Below are positions 13,161 to 25,150 of a stretch of DNA of 43,407 bases, one piece after another. The notes beneath the pieces were generated by a model that ran no database searches, was not told the DNA's origin, and worked only from the letters and a program-made list of their open reading frames with translations. The DNA is from Welwitschia mirabilis (taxonomy: Eukaryota): NCBI GenBank assembly GCA_051453625.1, contig JBOZIK010000001.1, positions 23,403,812 to 23,447,218 of the forward strand. The letters run 5' to 3'. The translations under genes and the position numbers were made by a program. The stretch's first letter is position 1. The number at the start of each line of letters is the position of its first letter.

Positions 13161-13655
13161 TGATGATGCAACATGCACTCTAGTCCAACTCAAAATGCCT
13201 AAGAACTCTATTGGTGGGGTATCCTTGCTTCTAGATACTACTCAATTTCCTGTTCTAACCTTCGATTTTCATGTTCATCACTTGTCATCTCCTACGACTC
13301 TCCAACTTTATGCCTTTTACCATTAAAAGTAAACTAACTAGATTAATTTCAGAATATTTATGAGAAATTAGGATCTTTTATTTTTAACTATATTTAAACT
13401 TTTTGTTTGTTATAAGTATTCCAAGTAATTAGGATTGGTGTAAATGGGTTTACTTTACTTACAAAACTTGTGTTTAATGAAATATGAATGTTTTTTAAAA
13501 ATTATAATAAGAATTAATTATTAGTAAATAATTTAAAATCCTTGATGAATGACATGTGAAATTTGGGTGTATAGTAATCACAAATTATGTAATTTATTTT
13601 TTGTTATTTTTTAAAGATGGTAGAATGTAACTAATTGTGAAACCTATAGAGTTTT
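13161..13655 (-). repeat. Inverted, diverged copy of the ~350-bp repeat family with a ~240-bp internal segment
   Basis: 13161-13317 and 13554-13655 are reverse complements of two parts of the monomer at 19073-21052. 13329-13572 is a reverse complement of 21056-21285. Confidence 0.85.
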
Positions 13656-14204
13656 CATGTTGAAGAATTCAACTTTTTATGGACCTTATTTTTTTTGTGA
13701 TATATTAATCTAATCTTTCAAGGCATTGATTAATAAAGTTTATGATTAGATTAACTACTCATGGAATTACTTGTTACAATAATCTAAAGCACAATAATAT
13801 TGCACAAATAGGTAGTAGCCTTATGCTTATACAATCACAAACCAATGTGCTGTGACATCCATTTTTAAGAACTTTCTTGGTGTTTGAGCATTTGAAAATG
13901 CCATCCCTTATTAGTAGTTAATACTAGTAACTACTCTCTTTGTTAATGGTGATAAGTAGTCTGTTAACACAAACTTTAAAGGTACGATATCATGCATTTA
14001 TTCTTCTAATCCTACATGCAGTATTGATCATCGTGCACCCAAACAATTTACTTCAAATCTATCTTCAGTTGTTAATCCTATTGCTCACACTAAACTAAAC
14101 TAGTACGCATGTTAAATGAATCAAGTTTTATGAAATATATCCTCCATTTTATGTAATTCATTATGGAATATGGGTAGTTATCCTACATCATCTGATGTAG
14201 GAAT

Positions 14205-14449
14205 GCATTTGAAGAGCCGTAGGAGGTGACAGTGTTGGAAGTCTTAGAAGACAATAAGTGACCAACATGAAATTAGAATAGTCCCACATAATTTGGCACA
14301 ATAAATGGAGTAGCAAATAAAAGTGAGAGTGTGCTACTACCAAAGGTGTTGTAGGAGATATCAAGTGATAAACATGAAAATAAAATAGTTCCATGATAAA
14401 CATGAAAATAAAATAGTCCCACATGAGTTGGAGTTGGAAATGGAGTAGC
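14205..14449 (+). repeat. Left, truncated/rearranged part of the ~350-bp tandem array
   Basis: Contains the monomer anchor CATGAAA(A/T)TA(G/A)AATAGT at 14266, 14373 and 14401, and ends GGAAATGGAGTAGC at the insertion point. Confidence 0.85.
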
Positions 14450-17400
14450 TATCACACACTCAATTTGACACCCAATTACACCCAAAATTTTTTAATCAAT
14501 TATTAATTCATCATACAATTATACAATTAACTAACATAGTGGAATAATTTGATTACTACTAAAAGGCATACTTTCAATATCCCTCAGGAGAACTATATGA
14601 TAATAGTTCACCTAACAACATCGCATTCTATTTCCACAACATCTAAAAACATCGATTAGAAACATAAAGTGAAGTGAGTAACTCACAATATAGAACACAA
14701 TAAAAGTGTATAAGTCACATTCGAGTGGTTGGTTGACCTACAATAAGCAACCATAACTATGTATCCTCATTCGGAGGAACTCAGACCCCACATAGTTTTG
14801 TCTTGGATCTATTTCTATTGCCACCGATAGACATAGCTGTATGGTAGGTCTAGGTNNNNNNNNNNAAAAAACATCATAGATGTATATATTCATACAAAAT
14901 ATAGGAAACAGCTAGTCTAGTATCCCATGGAGCTCCTTTCCAACCATCCATCGACCACTACTATAGGGCCATGACCTCACAGGTCATAAATAAGTCATCT
15001 TGACCACATATGAGTCGATTATCCTCTATATCGACTATACAATTGCCTCCTCCATGAGGCCTGCCTGCCGTTGGACAAAACATGACCTATTAGTCATGTA
15101 GTCGATCTCCCACTAATCATCCATCTATATGCCTTCCTCGAAGGCTGGGACATGTTACACTGCTCCTTTTATAACCCAACATATAGTAAATATACAATTA
15201 CTAGTACATATCAAAGAAGAATATCGAATCTATATGCTCGTATGCCGTTGAATCAATGATCATGATATTTCAGGATCTAGTATAGATGATTATCGACTAA
15301 CGATACAAATAAGAATCTAAAGCACAGTCAATATATGTATCATTTCCATATATATAAATGTAATGTGTTACAACATAAGCCAATTTAATATTTGGAATTA
15401 TATTAATCATTATAATTATATCATTGTCATAGATTATAACATCATTGTAGTCATTATTAAGCCATCACATATGCCATTAGATTGTCTAATCCATGTTGTC
15501 GATAACATTCAGGATGACATTAGACTTATAGTCTAGTCATCAATATCATTATTGTAAGTTAAGCATGTTCTAGTTACATTACAATTATTCTGGTCACTCC
15601 ACCACCTCATTCGACACCTTTGTGGATTATTATTCCCATTGCCCCATTTGACGCTTCAGTGGGTTATTATCATCATATCATAGTCAATCATGAAAAAGGA
15701 TCAATAATTATTATATTTTATCATACATGAGGCTGTTGTTAGGTCCTAATCTAAACTTACTATGCTTTCGTTGCACACTCTAATTCTTAAACTAATCTAA
15801 TTGTGAATAAACATTCTGTGGGTTATAAGCCCACTTAAGGCTAGGCCCTCAATACTATGATCTGTCGTCGTACCTTAGTACCATTAACTAATATCATGTC
15901 ATATAGGTCATTAGAATTACTACAATTAATAATTAGTTGTCATCGAGATTCAAGTAGCTTGTACTTCGATGTAGCATTCTATGTGGATCTAAAGAAGGTT
16001 AATTCGACATTTACAATACCATTTCTATTTAATGCATCATGCCTTTGTTAGCATCATGGTTAGGTCTTTAGCCTAAATTATTTAATAATCATGTTGTTAT
16101 AATAACTAAATTACCATAATACTACTAGTGTGTATAAAAGAATATCATCATATCATCCTTAGTTCAGGTCATTGTTTACTACTGTTGTTTATGCAAAGGT
16201 TTATTATTGACTATAATCAATACTCGTCTTGCATGGATAAGACTACAATACTAATAACCGCTCATGTATCCCCATGCATTTTTATTATAGCTATCTAAAT
16301 TATTTATCTAATATCATTAGCCTACTCTATATGGGGCTCATTTGTCAAAGACTTATGAATCAAGATTCCTATTATTATTATTATTCCAACTATGTCATTT
16401 AAACAAACTTATCATAATTAAAGATTTGATCTAATTAAATATAAAGTTGGCTATTGAGTCTTAAAGCCCTACTTAATTGTGTGTTTACTTTTATTGTTTC
16501 CTTTATTATTCCTAATTTATATCATCACCTCCCTTATGACTCACCTGCACCTCATTTCCTTAAATCCCTTGTTATTTACTTTTCTTTCTCAATTAGATGC
16601 CACATAATCAGTATCATAATGTTTAGTTTTCTGAGGTGTATCATATTTTAATCTAGTTTATTTTACAAGGATAAAGACTGATTGGCTATGCATGGGAAAG
16701 AAGGCCATAATGCTAGATCATAAGCATTACAATAACATTTGATATGATGCATAGATTATTCTTGTCCTTTATATGTATGTAATTTCCTTATTTTAATTTC
16801 ATAGACTCTAAAGTTATTCATCCAAGGTGAAGAAGGCTAACGTGCTACTATTAATACATTTATTTATTGCATCATTAAACTTATTTACAAGATGGAAAGC
16901 AATAAAAGAAGCACACATTAAATATATAATATTATTTCCATCATAGGTTTTTAGATGTTATTTTATAATACTATATTATTCATCTTTCCTACTTTTACCT
17001 CCTATTATATTTGTAACTAAGATAGATTAAGATGTGATATATTTCTCACTACTTAGTATTACCCTCAGCTTCTTATTTATATCCTATAAACAATAAATTC
17101 TTGTGCTTTCTTTCTCAATTTTCCTCTTATTTTCAAGGTTCTCTATCAACTTACTTTTTGTTTAACTAGAGTAAGCAATATAATTATTGACCAAGATTTA
17201 ATAATATTTTTCTTAAAATCATCTACTGGAAAACTAACTTAAGGTGTGATCCTTTAGCATTGAAAGTTCTGGTCTACTTAGCAAATTGCTATCTTAACAC
17301 CTTTTAATAATTCTTATTTGTTTATCGTGTCTTTCTAACCCTAAGGCTTATCAAACCATAGTTATGAGGTTAATAACAAGAAAATATTTAACGTACCATA

Positions 17401-19072
17401 TCTTAATGAGGTTATAACAAAAAAAATCCCTTTTGCTAACTGTTTTAAACTAATTCTCAGTATTTAACTACAATTCTAATTTCAACTCTTATTAACAAAG
17501 AAATGTATTCAAACTAACAATATGTAGCTCACCTAATGACTATAAATCATTCCCTTCTAATTCGAAATTTCTAATTAGTAAAGAAATAAAGGTGAGTTAA
17601 CATCTAAAGGTAACCAGCTTTGTTTTATACAGCAAAACATATTTCTAATTGTATTTATATTATTTCTTTTTTCTAGCCTTTATGTAATAAAAGAAGCTTT
17701 GTATTATACAACAAAATAAACTGAAATAGAAAAAGTTAAGTCTCTAGATTGAATTTGGAAAAGATATCATCCTTTATCCTCCCTGACAAGTCCTTCCTTC
17801 CATCGTCTCCTCCTTCCTTCTCTAGCTAATATCACAAAGTCTCCATTATTTATGAACCAGAATTACCTAAGGTTCCTCAAATGTTTCCCCTTTTTAAAGA
17901 TTTAACACTCTTCCAGCAAGTATTTGCCACTTGTTATTTGACATGAAATTTACCATGCAAGGAGACACTTCATCAGTTAACATGCCACCCTTGAAGCTAT
18001 GTTGCCACCTCATCAACGAGCCACCTTTTCTAATCTATGCCACATTATTTAACATGCAGCCATCACTTGTCATGAAATTAACTGAACTTAATATTATTTG
18101 CCATATGCCATATGGACAGTAACATTTGATAAAATGTACTTATTAATATCCTTTACCCACATTGATAACATTCTACATGTCCAACTTGTCTTACTCTAAT
18201 GTTATTAACATTTAATGCTTAATAATTATACCACCTAATAATTAATCATAATCACTAATATAATAAATATTTTTTAATTAAAGGCATAATCAACTCTAAC
18301 TCCANNNNNNNNNNTCATTAACATTAACATTTGTCCTATTCCAATGGTACCTTATTATTAACCAATTTCATTATCTTTTAATTATTATTTACTAATTAAT
18401 AACCATATATTTATTAATCATACATCTATTCTAACTTGTATTATATTTTATTATTAACTACTAATTAGTTCAATTATTAACAATAATACTTTTAACCATA
18501 ACATAATCAAACATTTTATATTAATTATTTAACCATAACCAAAAACCTATTTTAAATCAAAAACATAAGCAATATGAACCCCATTAATTAATAAAAGTTA
18601 CCTAATAATATTTGATAAAAGTTACTTAATATCCTTTGCCACCTTCAAACATCTAATTAACACTTTCATATAAGTCAATTCCATCTTATTTTTCATAACT
18701 CATGCTTTCATTAATTATTAATCATTGATCATGTATTTATAAATCATACATGTCTTAATTACTCATTAATCATGTAGTACAAATCATACATGCCTGATAC
18801 CTTTATCTTACTAATTAACATTAATTTACTTAGAATTTAAGACATAATTGATGTCTTTAACCATTGTCGTCAATTAATCATGACATTTTTAACTTAATTC
18901 AATTCACCACCTAGTCCTTGTTAATATTAACATCTGATAATTCCGATAATCTTTATTTATATAACACATTCCTCATTTCAACTATTCATGAAACTAAATA
19001 CAATACTAATCTGACACCAATTCAACCAACCTCTCACACTACCAAGCGCACAACAAAAATAGGGGTACTACA
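14450..19072. mobile_element. 4623-bp non-coding LTR-retrotransposon-derived insertion (probable Tat/Ogre-type solo LTR) with a 5-bp TSD
   Basis: GTAGC at both 14445-14449 and 19073-19077. Termini are TATCACAC... (decayed TG) and ...GGGGTACTACA. Removing the insertion restores the monomer sequence GGAAATGGAGTAGCAAATAAAAG. No pol motifs were seen inside. Confidence 0.8.
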
Positions 19073-21052
19073 GTAGCAAATAAAAGAAAGGGCGCCTTAT
19101 CACCAAATTGTCCTTGCATTTTGAGTTGGACTAGGGTGCTAGGTACATCATTTAGTCTATTTCGTATTAAAACCAAAAGATCGTATACCTAGTTATAATC
19201 TACCATCTCGGGGAAAAAAATGATATAATAATTTACATATTTTGTGATTAACATACACACAAATTTCACACATCATAAAGATTCGTGGAAGGCACCAAGT
19301 CGAAGGGACGTAGGAGATTGCAAGTGACAAACATGAAAATAGAATAATCCCACATGGCTTGGAACTAAAAATGCAGTAGTAATAAAAGCAAGNNNNNNNN
19401 NNNNCCAAATTGTCTTTGCATTTCGAGTTGGACTCAAGTGCTAGCTGCATCATTTAGTCTATTTGGTATCAAAACCAAAAAATCATTGGAGATATGTGAA
19501 GCCAAGCACCCCTAGAGATTAGGGAGCCTTTGTAGGTTTCATAACTAGTTACAATTACCATCTTGGGGGAAAAATAAATTACATATTTTGTGATTAGCAT
19601 ACACCTAAATTTCACACATCATATAGGGTCACAAGAGGCAGGTTTCATAACTAGTTACAATTACCATCTTGGAGGAAAAATAAATTACATATTTTGTGAT
19701 TAGCATACACGCAAATTTCACACATCATATAGGGTCACAAGAGGCATGAAGTTGGAGAGTCGTAGAAGATGGCACATGACAACCATGAAAATAGAATAGT
19801 CCCACATGGGTTGGAACTAGAAATAGAGTAGCAAATAAAAGCCAGGGTGCCCTATCACCAAATTGTTTTTGCATTTTGAATTGGATTGGAGTGCTAGCTG
19901 TACCATTTGATCTATTGGTATTAAAACTAAAAGATCATTGGAGATATATGAATCCAAGCACCATTAGAGATCAAGGGGCCTTTATAGGTTTCATAACTAG
20001 TTACAATCTACCATCTTGGGGAAAAATTTAATAATAATGAATTACATATGTTTTGATCAGCATACACCCAAATTTCACACATCATAGAGAGTCATGGAAG
20101 GCCTAAAGCCAGATAGCCATAGGAGATGGCAAATGACAAACATGAAAATAGAATAGCCCCACATGGGTTGGAACTAGAAATGGAGTCCTATCACCAAATT
20201 ATCTTTGCATTGTAAGTTGGATAGAGGTGCTAGCTGCATCAATTGGTCTATTTAGCATCAAACCCAAAAGATCGTTGGAGATATGTGAAGCCAAGCATGA
20301 TTAGAGATCATGGGGCCTCTGTAGGTTTAATAACTAGTTACAATCTACCATCTTGGAAAAATAAATAAATAAATTACATATTTTTGTGATCAACATACAC
20401 CCACGTTTCACACATCATACAGAGTCATGAAAGGCTCGAAGATTGAGTGCCATAGGAGATGGCAAACAACAAACATGAAAATAGAATAGTCTCACAGGTG
20501 CTGGAACTAGAAATGGAGTAGCAAAGAAAAGCAAGAATGTCCTGTCACCAAAATTGTCTTTGCATTTTGAGTTGGATAGGGGTGCTAGCTGCATTAGTTG
20601 GTCTACTTGGTATCAAAACCAAAAGATCGTTGGAGATATGTGAAGCTAAGCAACCTTAGAGATCAATGGCCCTTTGTAGGTTTCACAACTTGTTATAATC
20701 TACCTTCTTGGGGGGAAAAAGAAACTACATATTTTGTGATCAGCATACGCCCACATTCCACACATGATAGAGAGTTACAAACAGCATGGACTTGGAGAGC
20801 CATAGAAGATGGCAAGCAACAAACATGAAAATAGAATAGTCCCACATAGGTTGGAATTGGAAATGGAGTAGCAAATAAAAGCAAGGGTGCCCTATTAGCA
20901 AGTTGTCTTTGCATTTTGAGTTAGACTGGGGTGCTCTATGTATCATTTAGCCTATTTGGTATCAAAACCAAAAGATTGTTGGAGATATGTGAAGCCAAGC
21001 ACCATTAGAGATCAGGGGCTTTTGTAGGTTTCATATTAGTTGCAATCTACCA
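19073..21052 (+). repeat. Tandem array of ~350-bp monomers (~5.5 copies)
   Basis: Anchor CATGAAAATAGAATA at 19332, 19784, 20141, 20474 and 20824, giving spacings of 452, 357, 333 and 350. The 452 unit contains a ~106-bp internal duplication. Confidence 0.95.
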
Positions 21053-21910
21053 ACGTACACCCAACTTTTACATGTCATCCATCAAGAATTTTAATAGTTA
21101 ATTTTTATTATCATCTTAACATACACCCATCTTTTCATTAAACACAAGTTCCATGAGTAAGGTAAACCCATTTACATAAGTCCTTATTACGTGGAACAAC
21201 TATAATAAACAAAAACTTTAAATATAGTTAAATACAAACAGCCCAATCTCTTGTAAATACAATGAAATTAATCACGTTAGTTTACATTGAAAACCACAAC
21301 GTGGGTAGCCAACTAGGTAGCCATGTAAAGCATAAGACTTACCTTTGATGTGGCCACTATCACATGATGATCACAAGTTGGTCATGGCTTTTCTTTAGCT
21401 TATTTTCTAGCTTGTCAGGATGTGGAGGTCGTCCACTAATGTTAATTGTGAAAGTGGTGGCATTGTTATAATTGAGCTCTGTCAACTATATTCTCTAGTT
21501 TTTATCTTTTGACATTACTCGCAAGCAAGCCTTCAAAATATCAGGTAAAGGGCTCCATGGATAGTAGTAGTAAATTAGCCTTCACAACATTTGATATGAG
21601 GGCTCCATGGTAAGAATCTAGGTATGGATAATTCCATAGCATTCATTCAATCTCAAAAAAATCTAATAGAACTACTACATTTGTTGAAGATGATGTATTT
21701 CCTCAAAAGATCTACAAACCATGATCAAACCTTAGAATTTGAACCAAGTTTATCCTAAAGTGATGGAAATTTTGACAGGAAGCCACAGGAAGTTGCTCTT
21801 CTTGCAGACTAAGAGATAGCTTATTTCGTTTCATAGATCCTCAATCCATTACCTTCAAAGAATCTCTTCTCTATCTTTTGTAACAAACCTTACATTTGTC
21901 TCTTCTTTTT

Positions 21911-21934
21911 GTGTGTGTGAGAGAGAGTGAGAGA

Positions 21935-21976
<42 letters not shown>
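21911..21976 (+). repeat. Compound (GT)n/(GA)n microsatellite
   Basis: Directly visible. Confidence 0.95.
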
Positions 21977-23465
21977 CACTTCCTCCACAAGACCAAAAAA
22001 TTTTGATAGAGAGCTTAGCTTATTGCTTGAATACTACATCAAAACACAAAACACAATGAGTGAAAAAATGCTTTATGCTTCATTCTATACTTATATGAAT
22101 CGGAGTGGATCATGGAGCATTTTTTGGTTCAGAAATTCTGGATTGCCAGCTTGCTCCGTATCGTTTTACAGATTGCTAAGATTAAAAAAGATATACAATA
22201 GGCTAACTTCTAATTTTATTTCAAAATTTTTGTACTTACAATGATAATAGATTACAAAGTAAACATTTTTGGCATAGTATTATTCATTTAAATGAAAAAC
22301 ATATGAGAAATAGAGCATTAAATTACTTTAAACTATGAATAAAATGAAATTAGCTGAATAAAATTCTGCAAAAGCAAATGGCATTTATATTTAAATTTGT
22401 TTTTATGTTTTTATTTCCGAATAGCTCTATTTCCCATGGAAGTTATGAAACTTGAAAACAACGATTTTAGAAGGTTCACCCCTCTTTCAAAACTTCAAAG
22501 CGATTACAGCCGAATGAAAATTACAGCTGGTTGTCATAGCTGCATTAGATCAAAGCTCTCTTACAAAACAACAGAAAAACAATTGACCAAATTTTCTAAC
22601 GTTTCTCAGCGATTACATTGTTCGTTAATTTAGAAGTGTCACAAACATGATCCAAACCTGATCCAAGATCACTCAGTCTTCCACGAAAAATGTGTTCTTC
22701 ATTGATTGCAGACTGTTTCTCCGCTTTTGGAATGAATCGCGCTATAGGAAATGAGAAAGGGAACAAGAACAGATCGATTTTAAAGGGTTTCTGTGCGGGT
22801 TTTGCAACAGACGATCCGCACCAGTTGGAATCGTTTTGGATCGTGATTCATAACGAGACTGGATCGTGATTCTATCTAGAAAAGCGCGATTTTCACAAAA
22901 GCATGAAACAGAAGCGCTCTGGATCGCATTCTTTCGAAGCGCAATCTAGATCACGCCGGATCACGCTCTCGATCCGATCTTCAAAAGTATGTTCATTCTA
23001 TTTGTCAAGGATATATATACAAAACGCACAGCAATATATGCTCACACTTGCAGGTTGAGTTATGACAGAAGTGGGAAATATTTTGATACCATACAACAAG
23101 CCAGACAATTAGCTTTTAATATGACACAAAGTTTAGCACAGCAAACGGTTGGGTGCCTGGCTATGCGCCTCTGCTGCAAATAGTTTTGCACTGCAACCTT
23201 TTGGTACTTACAATGGGGTACTCTTTTAACAAACTTTTGTTATATTATTCCTTTGGACATGGTTGATTAAAAAAAACCCACTTCAAGCATTCCTTGACCT
23301 TTTGTAAGAGAACATTTCAAGAGACTAATTACAGAATGCTATTTACCTTAAAATACAAAAGAGGGCTTCTTGCCTCCTGGTTATTGAAGATGGAAAAATC
23401 ACACAAATATGATGAATTCTGCAGAGATTGATGATTATTGGATGTCTAAGGAGTTCAGGAGATGA

Positions 23466-25078
23466 TTATTTGTAAATCCAAAACTGGGCAGAGAACTGCC
23501 CTGTCCATGTAAGCCCTTTCTCTGCTGTGATTGAAGGAAGAGTAGGCACTCCACCTCTGGTTCCTAACAACTGGAAATACTTGAAGGGCCCTAGCAATGT
23601 CCTGTCTTGGCAAACATTCAACAGTCAATGCTATATATGAAGATCTTCTCATAAAAACAGAAGATGATTTAAAAAAAAAAGAAAAAAGCTATGAAATGAC
23701 AAGTTTGCAGAAGAATGGATGAAATCACCAGTTCCCCCTGTGAAAGATACTCTGCAAAATATGAAAGGATTTAAAGAACTTACACATTTCCAGTGCTGCT
23801 TGTAACCTGGAAAAGAGACCATGCAAGGGAATTGGGCTGCACAGTTACAGAAGAAGCGGCTCGTTTGCCAACAAGTAACCAACCATTAGGATTGTTGGTC
23901 TGCAAGTACATTGAGCCCCCATTGGAATGTTTGTCTGGTTTGTTCTTCAAATATTCATAAAATGAGCCAACCTCATATCCTCCTGGGAGGTTATAAAGCT
24001 TCCCTTGAATGGATTCCCTCTGCCACTGTTTCCCATCGAAGATGTACCCGGCTGTGCCTTTGCAGAAGAAGCCTTCTACCATTTGGCCGTTTCGCACTTC
24101 AATTGACGCTGGCATTTTGGGAGGTTCGGAGTCTTGAGTGTAAAATCTGAACTCTGCTTCAAACTGAATGCTTGTTTCTGAATTCTCTGAGCAGTACTGT
24201 GGGAGGCTTCCCATCTTGTACAGGCATTGGATGTAAGATACCTTGTATATTATGTCATTTTGGTGGAAGCTCGCTTCGGCTAAGACTGAATATCTTGTCG
24301 CAGTCTGAGAACCAGACGATGCTATGGAGTTTCCTGAATTCAATAGCAAACATTGAGCACTTAAATGGGTACTGCAATAGCAACACAAGCAATTCAAGTA
24401 GAAATAGAACACTGAAGCAACAGAAGAAACAATAAGAAAACATAACACAAAAGAAAAGAAGGGTGACGGAAATACATACAAAACAAAACATTGCCACAAA
24501 AAGGGGCACAAGTAGAATGTAAGTAACCAGGTTTTGGAATACCTGCAACAACACTGAATTCGCTTCCTGATTCTGCAAATGCAGCATCACCAATCTTGAG
24601 ATGCCATTTCCCTGCATAGGAAGGATCTTCTTCAGAATGCACAAGACTGAAATTGCCAAGAGAAGACTTCGTCCCAGAAGCCTTCATGCTCTGCAACTCC
24701 GCAGAGGCTGAAAGGCCTACCCATTTTTTATTTTGGCACTTGAACACATACTGTCCTCTAGATGTGCCGCAGCTCATCTTCAAACTGCTCAACCAACCAT
24801 ACATACATTCATTCATTCATTGGCTTGAGCTTCAAATACAGAAAAGTTGAAAACTTTTGCGACAACAGACAAGAAACCACGGGAAACAAACAAAAAAGCA
24901 AACGCTAAAAGTCCAGAGACGAATTCTGTAAATTTTCTAGAAACTTATAAGGAGAAAACCTGTTGCCCAGGGGTGGCTGCAACGACTCCGGCAGATATTG
25001 ACACATAACAAAGCTGAACAGAAGAGCGTAACTGAAAACAAGAATTAGGGTTTGAAGAGACGGCTGAATCGAAACCAT
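23466..25078 (-). CDS. Four-exon gene (25078-24960, 24784-24543, 24333-23784, 23601-23466) for a 348-aa secreted protein with two tandem DUF3455-like domains
   Basis: Three GT-AG introns have mutually consistent phases (2,1,2), and the exons sum to 1047 nt = 348 aa plus TAA. Signal peptide-like N-terminus MVSIQPSLQTLILVFSYALLFSFVMC. Domain 1 runs RGQYVFKCQNKKWVGLSASAEL...KVSYIQCLYKMGSLPQYC...QFEAEFRFY. Domain 2 runs KGTAGYIFDGKQW...SLAWSLFQVTSSTGNVTLLGPFKYFQLLGTRGGVP...QFSAQFWIY. Both resemble the DUF3455 pattern G.Q.Y.C...W...A.L ... PWLLL...V.YIQR..T.GG.P...Y.A.Y.FY. The gene model is well supported; the family call is by eye. Confidence 0.85.
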
Positions 25079-25143
25079 GGTAGTACGTTTTGAGGCAGTA
25101 GTATCTTTCCCTTTGTCTGAGATTGAGAGTAGCCTTGCCTCAC

Positions 25144-25150
25144 ATTTATA
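25144..25150 (-). promoter_or_regulatory. TATA box (TATAAAT) of the DUF3455-like gene
   Basis: CTATAAAT on the - strand ~70 bp upstream of the ATG at 25078. This favours that ATG over the upstream in-frame starts (25207 etc.). Confidence 0.6.

Noticed and set aside
19193-20946. Similar short ORFs in successive repeat monomers (e.g. NSKCKDNL, LFATPFPIPT) as a possible peptide gene array
   Set aside because: Stops and frameshifts differ among monomers. The similarity follows from DNA repetition, and there is no consistent start or signal peptide.
19073-21052. CRISPR-like interpretation of the array
   Set aside because: Whole monomers are homologous with no unique spacers, the context is eukaryotic, and there are no cas genes.
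24334-24511. Hydrophobic N-terminus of the 243-aa ORF as a TM segment
   Set aside because: It is T-rich intron 2 sequence. Only the acceptor at 24334/24333 matches the phase-1 donor at 24543.
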